A stretch of 64,000 nt of DNA, from positions 160,001 to 224,000 of the forward strand of contig CAVYXJ010000007.1 in the NCBI GenBank assembly GCA_963772455.1, given 5' to 3'. The notes under the pieces are model-generated. The model was not told the DNA's origin and did no database searches. It saw only the letters and a list, made by a program, of their open reading frames with translations. The stretch is from Candidatus Bathyarchaeota archaeon (GTDB lineage: Archaea; Thermoproteota; Bathyarchaeia; Bathyarchaeales; Bathycorpusculaceae). Below are positions 40,703 through 51,073 of this stretch, piece by piece. The stretch's first letter is position 1, and each line of letters starts with the position of its first letter. Both the position numbers and the translations under genes were made by a program.

Positions 40703-42226
40703 ATGACAAATAAAACCGCAAGAAGAATCCGAATTTTTGACACAACATTAAGAGATGGGGAACAAACCCCTGGAGTTTCTTTAACTGCAGATGATAAGAT
40801 GGAGATTGCACGTCAACTAAGCAAGTTGGGCGTTGACACCATCGAAGCTGGTTTTCCAAGTTCTTCAGAGGGCGAAAAAAAAATCGTCCGAGACATTGCT
40901 AAAGCAGGCTTAACCTCAGAAGTTTGCGCACTATCCCGTGCAACTAGGGGTGACATCGATGCAGCCTTAGATTGCGAAGTTGGCTTAATCCACGTTTTCA
41001 TCCCAACCTCAGATGTCCAGATGAAGTACGCTGTCAATTTGACGCCTGAGCAAGTGCTGGCTGCAACGGTAGACTCGATTTCTTACGTAAAGAAGCATGG
41101 AGTCAAATGCGAATTCTCACCCATGGACGCTACACGCTCAGACATAACTTTCCTAAAGCAAGTCTGTAAAGCCGCACAAGACGCAGGAATGGACAGCCTA
41201 AACGTTCCAGACACCGTCGGCATAATGATTCCCAAAACAACCTTCAAACTAATTGAGGAACTAAAAACCGTAGTCAGCGTCCCAATAAGCACTCACTGCC
41301 ACGACGACTTCGGTTTAGCAGTTGCCAACAGCTTAGCCGCTGTCGAAGCAGGCGCCGACCAAGTACACGTTGCCGTCAACGGCTTAGGTGAACGTGCTGG
41401 CAACGCTTCACTCGAAGAAGTAGTTATGGCACTGCACATGATTTACAAATACAAAACAAACGTAAACTCACGCTTACTCTACAGCACCTCTCGACTGGTT
41501 GCATCATTAACAGGTATTAATGTGCAAGCAAACAAGGCAATTGTTGGCGAGAACGCGTTTGCCCATGAATCAGGTATCCACACCCGAGGAGTAACAGAAA
41601 AACCACTTACCTTCGAACCTATTAACCCAGAATTAGTAGGACGCACAAGAAAATTGGTCGCTGGCAAATTAGCGGGAACCCGAGGTATCAAGGCTGAACT
41701 TGAAGAAATCGGAATTCACCCAACTGAGGAACAACTAAAAGAAATCGTTCAGCGCGTCAAAGATTTAGGCGACAAAGGCAAAATGGTCACAGATGCCGAT
41801 CTGATAGCGTTAACTTCGGCTGTAATGGGTGAAGTAATTGGGGAAGAAAAAATAATCGACTTATGCGACATGGCTGTCGTAACAGGCATCAAAGTTATCC
41901 CAACCGCATCCGTTCGACTAACGCTTAATGGCAAAGAATACGTTGCCGCCGAAACAGGAGTTGGACCTGTAGATGCAGTTTTGAAGGCCATTCAGAAGTT
42001 AACCAGCAGCATAGAAAACATCCGCCTTAGCGAATACCGTCTTGCAGCTATAACTGGAGGTTCAAATGCAGTAGCCGAAGTTATAATAAAAGTCGAAGAT
42101 GAAAAAGGCAACATCGTCTCAGCACGGGCAGCACGAGAAGACATAGTTATGGCAAGCGTTGAAGCAATGATAAATGGTATAAACAAGCTTTTGGTTAAGA
42201 ATCATAAGCAGGGAAACAAAAAGTGA
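40703..42226 (+). CDS. leuA: 2-isopropylmalate synthase
   Basis: [32 protein letters not shown]; in leuCDB operon. Confidence 0.82.
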   Translation: MTNKTARRIRIFDTTLRDGEQTPGVSLTADDKMEIARQLSKLGVDTIEAGFPSSSEGEKKIVRDIAKAGLTSEVCALSRATRGDIDAALDCEVGLIHVFIPTSDVQMKYAVNLTPEQVLAATVDSISYVKKHGVKCEFSPMDATRSDITFLKQVCKAAQDAGMDSLNVPDTVGIMIPKTTFKLIEELKTVVSVPISTHCHDDFGLAVANSLAAVEAGADQVHVAVNGLGERAGNASLEEVVMALHMIYKYKTNVNSRLLYSTSRLVASLTGINVQANKAIVGENAFAHESGIHTRGVTEKPLTFEPINPELVGRTRKLVAGKLAGTRGIKAELEEIGIHPTEEQLKEIVQRVKDLGDKGKMVTDADLIALTSAVMGEVIGEEKIIDLCDMAVVTGIKVIPTASVRLTLNGKEYVAAETGVGPVDAVLKAIQKLTSSIENIRLSEYRLAAITGGSNAVAEVIIKVEDEKGNIVSARAAREDIVMASVEAMINGINKLLVKNHKQGNKK

Positions 42227-43038
42227 CAAATGTAGCCTTCCAAGGCGAACCCGGCGCATACAGCGAGAACGCAGTGTACCAGTTCTTCGGCTCAAATGTG
42301 CAGGTGAAGCCGTGCAGAGACTTCAGAGACGTCTTTGAAAGCGTAAAATGTCAGGTTGTGGAGGCTGGTGTGGTACCAGTTGAGAATTCCCTTGAAGGCA
42401 GTGTTAACCAGAACTACGATTTGTTCTTCAGTTATGACCTCAAAGTGTGTGGCGAAGTCATTGTCAAAGTTGAGCATTGCTTTATCGTTAATCCAGGCAC
42501 AACTTTGGATTCCGTCAAAACCGTTTACTCTCACCCGCAAGCGTTAGCGCAGTGCCGCAGTTTTCTGGAGCACCTAAAATACGAGTTGGTTCCAACTTAT
42601 GACACGGCTGGAAGCGTTAAACTAATCAAAGAACAAAAACTGCTAACCGCGGCAGCCATCGCAAGCGAGAGAGCAGCCGAACTCTATGGCATGGAAATCC
42701 TTGCCCGAGACATCGCTGACAACAAAGAAAATTACACACGCTTCTTCGTACTATCTAAAGAGGATTCGCCGGTAACAGGCAAAGACAAAACCTCAATTAT
42801 CTTCTCAGCCAAACACGAACCAGGCTCACTCTACAAAGCTCTGGGAGAATTCGCCAAACGCAAAATCAACTTAACTCGAATCGAATCAAGACCAACAAAA
42901 AAAACCGCCTGGGAATACAACTTCTACCTAGACTTCGAGGGACACCGAACTGAACAGAAATGTGCCGAAACACTCAAAGCACTGGAAAAATATGCCACAT
43001 TCATCAAAATCTTAGGTTCTTACCCTAAAGCCATCTAA
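42223..43038 (+). CDS. pheA: Prephenate dehydratase (PDT-ACT)
   Basis: FQGEPGAYSE, PVENS, SHPQALAQC, NYTRF, IESRP. Confidence 0.95.
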   Translation: MTNVAFQGEPGAYSENAVYQFFGSNVQVKPCRDFRDVFESVKCQVVEAGVVPVENSLEGSVNQNYDLFFSYDLKVCGEVIVKVEHCFIVNPGTTLDSVKTVYSHPQALAQCRSFLEHLKYELVPTYDTAGSVKLIKEQKLLTAAAIASERAAELYGMEILARDIADNKENYTRFFVLSKEDSPVTGKDKTSIIFSAKHEPGSLYKALGEFAKRKINLTRIESRPTKKTAWEYNFYLDFEGHRTEQKCAETLKALEKYATFIKILGSYPKAI

Positions 43039-43103
43039 ACCCTAATTTTAATTTTTTAGTCCCATCTTTTTCGCATGTTTAAATGTGCATGATTTTTTTC
43101 GTG

Positions 43104-43955
43104 TCAGGATAATTTTGCTGGTTTAGTAGTTTTGATAAATGTGCCTTCGTCAAGTTCGTCATACGCCTTTTCTAATTCTTCTTCAGTATTCATTACAATA
43201 GGTCCTCCCCAAGCCACGGGTTCCTTCAAAGGTTCTCCTGAGACAAATAGAAAGTGAGCACCCTTTTTTGAGCCAATCTTAACTAACTCGCCTTCACTAA
43301 AAACAGCACAATTCCCTAACGTGACTATTTTGTCATGAACTTCTATAGATCCATCGACAACGTATGCAAAGACTGTGTTGTTCCTATTTGTAGCGTGTTC
43401 GAATGTTTTGGCTTCAGCCAGCTCGACATCAAAATATTCTATGTCAATTACAAGGTCACAAACTGGCCCTTCTGTCTCATCGATCTTTCCTGCTATCACT
43501 TTGATTTTTATTCCGTCTTTCTGGATGGTTGGGATTTGTTCTTTTTCGATTCCTCGGTATTTCGGATCAATCATCTTCTTTTTTGCAGGCAAGTTTATCC
43601 ATAATTGAAAGCCCTGCATTAAACCTTCATATTTTCTGGGCATTTCTTGATGAATTATGCCTGAGCCTGCAGTCATCCATTGTAATTCTCCGGATTTGAT
43701 TACACCTTTGTTGCCCATGCTGTCACCGTGAGCAACTTCGCCAGTCCACATGTAAGTGACAGTTTCTATTCCTCTGTGAGGATGCCAAGGGAACCCTTTG
43801 ATGTAATCCTTAGGGTCGTCTGAACCGAAATGGTCAAGAAGCAAAAAAGGGTCAAGAGAAGAGTTTTTGTCGTTGCCTAAAACGCGTTTGAGCCTAACAC
43901 CTGCGCCCTCAATCGTTGGCTGTCTTTCTAAAATCTTTTCCACTTTTCTTTCCAT
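43104..43955 (-). CDS. Pirin family protein
   Basis: DPFLLLDH, HPHRGIETVTY, WMTAGSGIIHQE, GPIVMN. Confidence 0.95.
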   Translation of the reverse strand: MERKVEKILERQPTIEGAGVRLKRVLGNDKNSSLDPFLLLDHFGSDDPKDYIKGFPWHPHRGIETVTYMWTGEVAHGDSMGNKGVIKSGELQWMTAGSGIIHQEMPRKYEGLMQGFQLWINLPAKKKMIDPKYRGIEKEQIPTIQKDGIKIKVIAGKIDETEGPVCDLVIDIEYFDVELAEAKTFEHATNRNNTVFAYVVDGSIEVHDKIVTLGNCAVFSEGELVKIGSKKGAHFLFVSGEPLKEPVAWGGPIVMNTEEELEKAYDELDEGTFIKTTKPAKLS

Positions 43956-44036
43956 AAAACATCTACCCATATTGCTTATGCCTCAAGGACAATATAATTA
44001 TACTGTGAAAAGGAAAAAGCAAGTTTTTTAAAAAAA

Positions 44037-44912
44037 TTATTTCTCTGTAGACTCTAACATTTTGTACATGATGTCATATGAGTCTGCGAAATCGCTGTCA
44101 GCTGCGGATAGCTTCTTCTTTAGCTGTTCCATACGTTCAACGATTGCTTTTTGGTCTTTGTTTTTGATTAAGGCCAGCAGTTCTTGGGCTTTAGCAATGA
44201 ACAAATCCTCGATCTCGCCTAAGTTAGCCAAATTCGTTTGTACGCTTGCGTAGAGGTCTGGGGTTTCCAGCGCTGTTGCTTCAGCTAAGGTGAACAGCAT
44301 TCTATAAGTGGTGCCTGCAACTTTTTTGGTTTCTGGCAGGTTCTTCTGTTCCAAGAGTGTTTCGCATGCTACTAAACCAAGGAAATGCGGCAACCCCAAA
44401 ACGACTGACATTAGTTCGTCGTGCTTTTTTGGAGTCATGACGAATACGTGTGCTTCTTCCTTTTCCAACCAATGCTTGAATTGCTCAGCGAACTCTTGCT
44501 CCTTAGCGTTGGTTGGGGTTAAAACGTATGCTTTGTATTTGACTCCGTTGCTTCCTGGACCAAAAACTGGGTGCGTTCCTAAAACCGTGGCTCCCTTGAT
44601 GTATTGGTGCATAGTTTTGACTGGGGCTTCTTTGATTGAGCAAATATCCATAACAACCTGTCCCTCGTGGAGTAAGGGGCTGATCGCTTTAGCAACTTCT
44701 TCAATGGCGTTTATTGATATACAGAGCAGGATTTGGTCGGCATCTTTGACTGCTTCCTCAAAACTGGTTGTCAAGTCAACTAGTAAGTCTTTTTGCGCCT
44801 CAAGCTTCGCTTTCTTACGGTCAGCTAAAATAACGTCGTAATCTTTGGACATGAAAAATTTTGCGAACCAAACACCCATCTTTCCAGCGCCGATTACGGC
44901 AATCTTCATCAA
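44037..44912 (-). CDS. tyrA: Prephenate dehydrogenase
   Basis: GAGKMG Rossmann fold, DICSIK, HPVFGP, HDELMSVVLGLPH. Confidence 0.9.
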   Translation of the reverse strand: MMKIAVIGAGKMGVWFAKFFMSKDYDVILADRKKAKLEAQKDLLVDLTTSFEEAVKDADQILLCISINAIEEVAKAISPLLHEGQVVMDICSIKEAPVKTMHQYIKGATVLGTHPVFGPGSNGVKYKAYVLTPTNAKEQEFAEQFKHWLEKEEAHVFVMTPKKHDELMSVVLGLPHFLGLVACETLLEQKNLPETKKVAGTTYRMLFTLAEATALETPDLYASVQTNLANLGEIEDLFIAKAQELLALIKNKDQKAIVERMEQLKKKLSAADSDFADSYDIMYKMLESTEK

Positions 44913-45985
44913 GCTGCCTCACTGATTTTTTCCAACGCGACCTTAATGTCAGCATCTGGAGCAGTCAAGGAGATTCGGAAGTGTTCTCTGTAATCGCCAA
45001 ATGATGTACCTGGAGCAACTGCTACGCCTTTTTCGAGCAGGTCTAGAGTGAATTTTTCAGAGTCTAAGCCGTCAAGTTTGGGGAATATGTAGAAAGGTGC
45101 TTCGGGTTTGGTGAATTTGAAGCCTGCCGCAGAGAGTTTGGTGCTTGCCATATCTGCGCGTTGTTTGTATTTGGCTTTGATGGCGGAAGCGATTTGTTTG
45201 TGGAGTTCTAAGCCTTTGAGTGCAGCGTCTTGGATGAAAACAGGGACATTGTTTATGGTGATTTGGTTTAGTTTGGTTATGTTGTCGATTAAGGGTTTGT
45301 TAGCGATTAAGTAACCGATTCGCCAACCAGTCATTGTGAATGTTTTTGAGAAGCCGTTGCTTAAGATGTGCATGCAGTCTTTGTCGTAATCTAAGATGCT
45401 TTTTGTTTTTGTGAAGGCTATCGTAGCATAGACTTCGTCGGATAATATCGTGATTTTTTTCTTGTTTGCGATTTCTACAATCTTCTCAAGGGTTTCTGCA
45501 TTCATGACTTTGCTTGTGGGGTTGTTGGGGTTGTTGAGTATAATCATGCGTGTATCTTTGTCAATTAATTTTTCCAGATTATCTAAATCGACTTTCCAAT
45601 CGTTTTCAAGCTCAGTTCGCAACAGTTTGGTTTTGGCGCCTAGACTTTTAGCTATTAAATCGTAAGCTGTCCAATAAGGAGTTGGAATAATGACGTTTCC
45701 GCCGTTTCTTAGCATCAAGAACATTGTGGCGAATATGCCCCATTTAGAACCAGGCGTAATAACAACGTTCTCAGCTTTAACTCCATGAACCTGAGCGATT
45801 TTTTGTCTCAGCTTTAACTCGCCATAAGAAGAGGAATACTTGGTTTTACCCGCCTTCATAGATGCGTACGCGGCTTCCACTATTTCAGGCGGGGTAGCTA
45901 AGTCTGGATCTCCAAGGTTTAAGCGGATTATTTTTTTTCCTTCGCTTTCAAGTTTAAGAGCTTTCTCGTTTATCTCGTAGAGCAT
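44909..45985 (-). CDS. Class I/II PLP aminotransferase (probably aromatic)
   Basis: NNPNNPT, SDEVY, SKTFTMTGWRIGY; between chorismate mutase and tyrA. Confidence 0.88.
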   Translation of the reverse strand: MLYEINEKALKLESEGKKIIRLNLGDPDLATPPEIVEAAYASMKAGKTKYSSSYGELKLRQKIAQVHGVKAENVVITPGSKWGIFATMFLMLRNGGNVIIPTPYWTAYDLIAKSLGAKTKLLRTELENDWKVDLDNLEKLIDKDTRMIILNNPNNPTSKVMNAETLEKIVEIANKKKITILSDEVYATIAFTKTKSILDYDKDCMHILSNGFSKTFTMTGWRIGYLIANKPLIDNITKLNQITINNVPVFIQDAALKGLELHKQIASAIKAKYKQRADMASTKLSAAGFKFTKPEAPFYIFPKLDGLDSEKFTLDLLEKGVAVAPGTSFGDYREHFRISLTAPDADIKVALEKISEAA

Positions 45986-46012
45986 ATCTTTGGACTCTCC
46001 GTTAAGAGCGTT

Positions 46013-46273
46013 TTATTCTTGAACAGCACTGCACATATTAACTATTTCGCGATAAACCGCTTCAACCTGACTTGCATTAAGACCGAGTTTGATACCTTTC
46101 GCACGTATCCTCTTGTAAACCTCGTTCTCCCGTGCAACATCTCGAATTGGTTTGCCCTGCATTTTCTTGGCTAAACCGATTTCCTCACATACCTTTACTC
46201 GTACACACAGTGCCATTAGGATTTGGTCGTCGATTTCATCAATTCTTTGCCTAAGCTTTAGAATTTCAGCCAT
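46013..46273 (-). CDS. Chorismate mutase (AroQ type II)
   Basis: LRQRIDEIDDQI..R...IG..K...RD.ARE. Confidence 0.9.
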   Translation of the reverse strand: MAEILKLRQRIDEIDDQILMALCVRVKVCEEIGLAKKMQGKPIRDVARENEVYKRIRAKGIKLGLNASQVEAVYREIVNMCSAVQE

Positions 46274-46275
46274 TG

Positions 46276-47382
46276 TTACTGCCTCTTTAGAATACGCGGT
46301 ATAAACCCTGCTCTAATCATATGGTCAGCTAAAGTTATTGCAACTGCGGCTTCAATTGCGGGTACAGCTTTAGGAACAACGCAAGGATCATGTCTGCCCT
46401 TTATGCTTAAGGCTGCATTTTCCATTTTCTCTAGATTGACTGTTTTCTGTTCTTTTGCGATGGAAGGAGTTGGTTTAATCGCCACTCGAATCATAACGGG
46501 CATGCCGTTAGATAAACCTCCTAAAACGCCTCCAGCATTATCGGTTGAAGTTACAACTTGTCCCTTTTGAATTTGATAAGCGTCATTGTTCTGCGATCCT
46601 TTCACCAACGCAGCTTCAAAACCCATTCCAAACTCGACTCCTTTAACGGCTGGAACCGAAAAAATAGATTTAGCCAAATCTGCATCTAACGAATCAAACA
46701 AAGGCTCACCAACCCCAACGGGTATACCGAGCACAAGACACTCAATTATTCCGCCAAGACTGTCGCCTTCTTTTTTAGCGTTCACTATAGCTTCCTCCAT
46801 TCGCTCTCCACAAATTAAGTCAGGGCACCTTGTTGATGCGGCGTAACGGTTTTTGCGTATTTCGTCGGAAGTGAATTTTTTATCAGTCTTAACCTGCCCA
46901 ATCGCCGAAGTATAAGCCAACACATCAACATCAAAGCGACTGAGCATTTTTTTAGCGACTGTGCCAGCCATAATAATTGCTACGGTAACTCTACCTGAGA
47001 AACGTCCTCCACCACGATAATCGTTCAAGCCACCAAATTTGATTCGTGCTGGGTAATCTGAGTGCCCAGGTCTTGGCAGACCTTTCATCTCTTCGTAATC
47101 GCTTGAGTCTGTTTCCTTGTTTTCAACCAACACGGATATTGGAGCCCCAGTTGTTAATCCGTTAAAAATTCCTGAAAGAACCTTAACAATATCTTTCTCA
47201 ATACGTGCAGAAACAATCTTTAACTCAGCTGGGATCCTGCGGTCAAGTTCTATTTGGAAATCACTTTCAGAAAGAGGCAAACCTGATGGACACCCATCCA
47301 CAACTACGCCAACGACTTTGCCGTGACTCTCGCCAAAAGTGGTAACTGTAAATTCTTTACCGATCGAATTTCCCGCCAACAA
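46276..47382 (-). CDS. aroC: Chorismate synthase
   Basis: FGESHG, RPGHSD, GGGRFSGR, KPTPSI, GRHDPCV. Confidence 0.97.
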   Translation of the reverse strand: MLAGNSIGKEFTVTTFGESHGKVVGVVVDGCPSGLPLSESDFQIELDRRIPAELKIVSARIEKDIVKVLSGIFNGLTTGAPISVLVENKETDSSDYEEMKGLPRPGHSDYPARIKFGGLNDYRGGGRFSGRVTVAIIMAGTVAKKMLSRFDVDVLAYTSAIGQVKTDKKFTSDEIRKNRYAASTRCPDLICGERMEEAIVNAKKEGDSLGGIIECLVLGIPVGVGEPLFDSLDADLAKSIFSVPAVKGVEFGMGFEAALVKGSQNNDAYQIQKGQVVTSTDNAGGVLGGLSNGMPVMIRVAIKPTPSIAKEQKTVNLEKMENAALSIKGRHDPCVVPKAVPAIEAAVAITLADHMIRAGFIPRILKRQ

Positions 47383-48655
47383 CCTCAGCTCCTATTTGTC
47401 TTAGATGAGTGAAGAACTGCGGATAAGACTTTCTGACGCAATCAGCGTTTTGGATTGTAGTTTGTCCTTCTGCCCCTAAAGCGGCAACTGCGCAAGCCAT
47501 TGCGATTCGGTGGTCGTTATGGGGATCTATTATAGCGCCGTGTAAAGGTGAACCTCCTTCTATGATTAAGCCATCGTTCTTGATGGTAATTTGTGCACCC
47601 ATCTTTTTTAACTCAAGGTAAAGCGATTCGAGACGGTCAGATTCTTTAAGTTTAAGCCTACTTGCACCAAAAATATGGGATGTACCCTTTGCATAACACA
47701 TCATAACTGCTATAGCTGGAACAAGATCAGGAATGTGCTTTGCATCAACTTCACCTGTTCTAAGTAAACTTCCGGAACCTTCAATCTCAACGTTGTCCGC
47801 GCAAACTTGTCCATTAACGCCCATATGTTTTAGGATACCTATTATCGCCTTGTCTCCTTGAAGGCTATCATAATCAAGGTTATTTATTTGGACTTTAGAC
47901 TGAGTTATAGCTGCTCCTGCAAGAAGAAAAGCGGATGAGGAGAAGTCGCCTGGAACCTTGCTGTCAGCCGAAGTGTAGATTTGGTTTGCTGGAATATGTA
48001 TGTGATTTTCATGTGTAGGCACTTTAACTCCATGATTGGCAAGAACAGCTTCAGTCATTTTAACGTAACCTTCAGACTCCAACGGAGAAGACAGCATTAT
48101 TTCACTGTCCACTTGAGCCTTTGGGCATGCAAACATCAAACCTGAAATAAATTGTGAGCTCACGTTACCCAGAATTGATGTTTCACCTCCAGCAATGCCG
48201 CCACCCTCAACGAAAACCGCGTCTTTATTGCCGACATTACCGATATGGGTTTTAGCACCAAGTTCGGCGAGGCTTGTCAGTAATGGTTCCATGGGTCGCT
48301 TTTCAATTGAACCATTAAAAACTAGAATCGAAGACCCTTTTGCCAGGGCAGCTACTGGAACCATGAAACGCAATGTAGCTCCTGATTCACCACAGTCGAT
48401 TGGCTCTTTTGCAGCTTTAAGTGTATTAGGTCCTTTGATAATCCAGCAGCCCTCTATTTCATTCACTTCTGCACCCAAAGCAGTTACGGCGCGAAGCGTT
48501 GCTTGGGTATCACCGGAGAAAAGAGGAGCAGAAACTTTAGATAACCCACTAGATAATGCAGCGGCAATAACCATCCTCTGGGTAAAAGACTTGGACGACG
48601 GTGCACAAACTTGACCACTTAGCTTCACCGTTTTTTTAACAATTACATCCGCCAT
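47357..48655 (-). CDS. aroA: EPSP synthase
   Basis: SKS, CGESGATLR, SSQFISG, KESDR, DHRIAM, KSYP. Confidence 0.96.
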   Translation of the reverse strand: MADVIVKKTVKLSGQVCAPSSKSFTQRMVIAAALSSGLSKVSAPLFSGDTQATLRAVTALGAEVNEIEGCWIIKGPNTLKAAKEPIDCGESGATLRFMVPVAALAKGSSILVFNGSIEKRPMEPLLTSLAELGAKTHIGNVGNKDAVFVEGGGIAGGETSILGNVSSQFISGLMFACPKAQVDSEIMLSSPLESEGYVKMTEAVLANHGVKVPTHENHIHIPANQIYTSADSKVPGDFSSSAFLLAGAAITQSKVQINNLDYDSLQGDKAIIGILKHMGVNGQVCADNVEIEGSGSLLRTGEVDAKHIPDLVPAIAVMMCYAKGTSHIFGASRLKLKESDRLESLYLELKKMGAQITIKNDGLIIEGGSPLHGAIIDPHNDHRIAMACAVAALGAEGQTTIQNADCVRKSYPQFFTHLRQIGAEVVGGKFDR

Positions 48656-48658
48656 TAG

Positions 48659-49528
48659 TTAGAGCACCTTAGCTTTCTCACAATTCAATTTAGCCTGCAA
48701 TATTTCACCGTCATATTTCTGCAAAGCAGCTTTCACTAAATCAACTTTATCCTTTGAAACCACAGCTGTAACCGCTGGTCCTTTGCCACACAGCCCAGCA
48801 GCTATCGCGCCAGCAACTAATGCATCGATAGCGATTGCAGTATTGAGGTTGGAAGCTGAAGAATAAATTAATCCATTAAGTGTTAATGCCTCCCAGATTT
48901 TGCCATCTAAAACTTTCTCGAAGGCGATTTCCACGAGAGGTTTGAGCGTTTTGAGCCTATTTACGTTGCAGTCGATTGTGTAAGCTTTTTGGGGGGGCAC
49001 ATGGAAAAGCACATCTAAATCTTCAGGCAATGGATATTGTTTGATTATTTCTTGTTTCAAGTTGTCAGTGATTTGTAATCCGCCAAAGTAAGAGGCGCAA
49101 GCATCGTCAAATGCGCCTGTTACGGTAACTTTCGCGTCAAAAGCTGCTTCAACACCTAACTTTATGATGTCTATATCATCAAGAGTTTTTCCCAGTGCCT
49201 TTGTGGTTGCTAGAGCTGTTGCGTTTGCAGCTACACTACTGCTCTTAAGCCCTCGTGCAATGGGAATGTTGGATATGGTTTTTATTTTTACTCCAAAACT
49301 CTTCTCTAAATTAAATCTTCTTAGGACTCTTGTAGCAGTTTTTTCTATAAGAAGCGTACTTTCTTTTGGGTCAGAAACTATCTCAGCTCTAATAACGCCT
49401 GCTTCATCGGTTATGTTAACTTCAGCTCTAGTCCACAAGTCAATCCCAAACGCAGCACCCTTTCCCAACGCAATTGCGTTAACGATTGTTGCTGCCCCAT
49501 GAGCAATAGCTACTGCTTTACCTGTCAA
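48659..49528 (-). CDS. aroK: Archaeal shikimate kinase (GHMP)
   Basis: HGAATIVNAIA, IPIARGLKSSS, TGAFDDACAS. Confidence 0.93.
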   Translation of the reverse strand: MTGKAVAIAHGAATIVNAIALGKGAAFGIDLWTRAEVNITDEAGVIRAEIVSDPKESTLLIEKTATRVLRRFNLEKSFGVKIKTISNIPIARGLKSSSVAANATALATTKALGKTLDDIDIIKLGVEAAFDAKVTVTGAFDDACASYFGGLQITDNLKQEIIKQYPLPEDLDVLFHVPPQKAYTIDCNVNRLKTLKPLVEIAFEKVLDGKIWEALTLNGLIYSSASNLNTAIAIDALVAGAIAAGLCGKGPAVTAVVSKDKVDLVKAALQKYDGEILQAKLNCEKAKVL

Positions 49529-49530
49529 TT

Positions 49531-50397
49531 TTACACCTTCGTTAAATGATTTAGCGCTGCCTGCCTCATAACATCAACAGGTGCAGACTTACCCGTCCAG
49601 ATTTCAAAAGAAGCCGCACCTTGATAGATTAACATCTCAACACCACTAACCACTTTCGCACCAGCCGCCTTCGCGTCTTTAGCCAGTCTAGTTTCAATTG
49701 GGTTATAGACTATGTCCATGACAGCTAAATTTGGTCGTAAAAGTTTAGGCGCTACTGGGGTTTCCTCACCTTTCGGTTTCATCCCCACTGATGTAGCATT
49801 GATTAAAACGTCTGAGTCTTGAAGATTTTGTTGTATTTCTTTCGGCGAAAGTGATCCTGAAACAATTTTCTTATTTGCGATCTTCTCAAGAAGTTTGGCT
49901 AAGTCTTGAGCTGGTTTTAGGGAGCGATTCAACACTGCCAACTCGTCAGCTTCTTTAGCCATTGTGTATGCTATGGCTCTAGCTGCGCCTCCTGCACCTA
50001 ACAATAGAACCTTTCGCCCCTTCAATTCAACCCCGTTTTCTCGGAGAGCTTTCAATGCACCAACTCCATCGGTGTTGAAACCAAAGAGTTTGTTATCTCT
50101 GTTTAAGATAGTATTAACTGAATTGATAATTTGAGCAGATAAGTCGGTTCTATCAAGAAACTTTAAAATTGGAGTTTTATGAGGCATTGTTACATTTAAG
50201 CCGCGTATGTTTAGAGCTCGCATGCCGTTGACTGCATTTTCAATTTCTGCAGGCTTCACCTTGAAAGCTAAAAACACATAGTCGAGGTTTAGGGCATTGA
50301 ATGCTGCGTTGTGCATGATTGGGCTTAATGTGTGTTCTATAGGATCCCCGATAACCCCGCAAACCCTTGTTTTTCCAGATATACCCATATCATCCAT
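49531..50397 (-). CDS. aroE: Shikimate dehydrogenase
   Basis: SPIMHN, NVTMPHK, NTDG, GAGGAA, MLIYQG. Confidence 0.96.
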   Translation of the reverse strand: MDDMGISGKTRVCGVIGDPIEHTLSPIMHNAAFNALNLDYVFLAFKVKPAEIENAVNGMRALNIRGLNVTMPHKTPILKFLDRTDLSAQIINSVNTILNRDNKLFGFNTDGVGALKALRENGVELKGRKVLLLGAGGAARAIAYTMAKEADELAVLNRSLKPAQDLAKLLEKIANKKIVSGSLSPKEIQQNLQDSDVLINATSVGMKPKGEETPVAPKLLRPNLAVMDIVYNPIETRLAKDAKAAGAKVVSGVEMLIYQGAASFEIWTGKSAPVDVMRQAALNHLTKV

Positions 50398-51073
50398 TCC
50401 CCAACAGAGAATAAGCAGTCTTCATTTCATTTATGCCCATTTGTCCCGCAGCAGTTTCACTGCCATCGCCGAGTGAGGCAAAAGTGAAAAAAGCCCCAAA
50501 CAAAGGCGATAGAACTCTCGAAACTCTGCCATGTTCACCCATACAGAAACAAACGATCTTAGCCTTGCTGGAAGAAAGCGAAATAAAGCTCAAAACAGGC
50601 AAGTTGTCCGCTATCTGTAAAGCAGTTGTCACAATCTTACAGACGAAAGCGCCGCTGGCAAGTTCTTCATCTAGAATCGCCGTCATCGCTAAAACGTTGA
50701 GTGCACCGTCGAACTTGTGGTAGGAAACAATGGGTTTCACCCCTAACATTTTAATCTGACTGATAATTTCTTTGTGTTTTGGACATGATAAATCTATATC
50801 AACATATTCAAAGCCGCTTTTAGCCGCATTCAAAAGAGTTTGTTGACGTTCAGATTCTATTCCAGAAAAAAATCCTTTTTCGCTTAGGAGTCTGTTTGTG
50901 GCAATTAAGGGAACTTTCGTGCTTGCTGACAATTCGGACAAATTGCGGGATGTCTCAAGGCAGTCAAGCCTAACTTCTATAATGTCAGCTTTGGTTAACT
51001 CTGCTTTTTCAATGAGGTTTAAAGCTTCACTGTTGTTTTTTGGGAGAATCGAGACACAGATCCTCGGGGTCAC
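50390..51073 (-). CDS. aroD: Type I 3-dehydroquinate dehydratase
   Basis: EVRLD, SYH, KIV, MGE.GR.SR, TAAGQ. Confidence 0.9.
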   Translation of the reverse strand: MTPRICVSILPKNNSEALNLIEKAELTKADIIEVRLDCLETSRNLSELSASTKVPLIATNRLLSEKGFFSGIESERQQTLLNAAKSGFEYVDIDLSCPKHKEIISQIKMLGVKPIVSYHKFDGALNVLAMTAILDEELASGAFVCKIVTTALQIADNLPVLSFISLSSSKAKIVCFCMGEHGRVSRVLSPLFGAFFTFASLGDGSETAAGQMGINEMKTAYSLLGNG

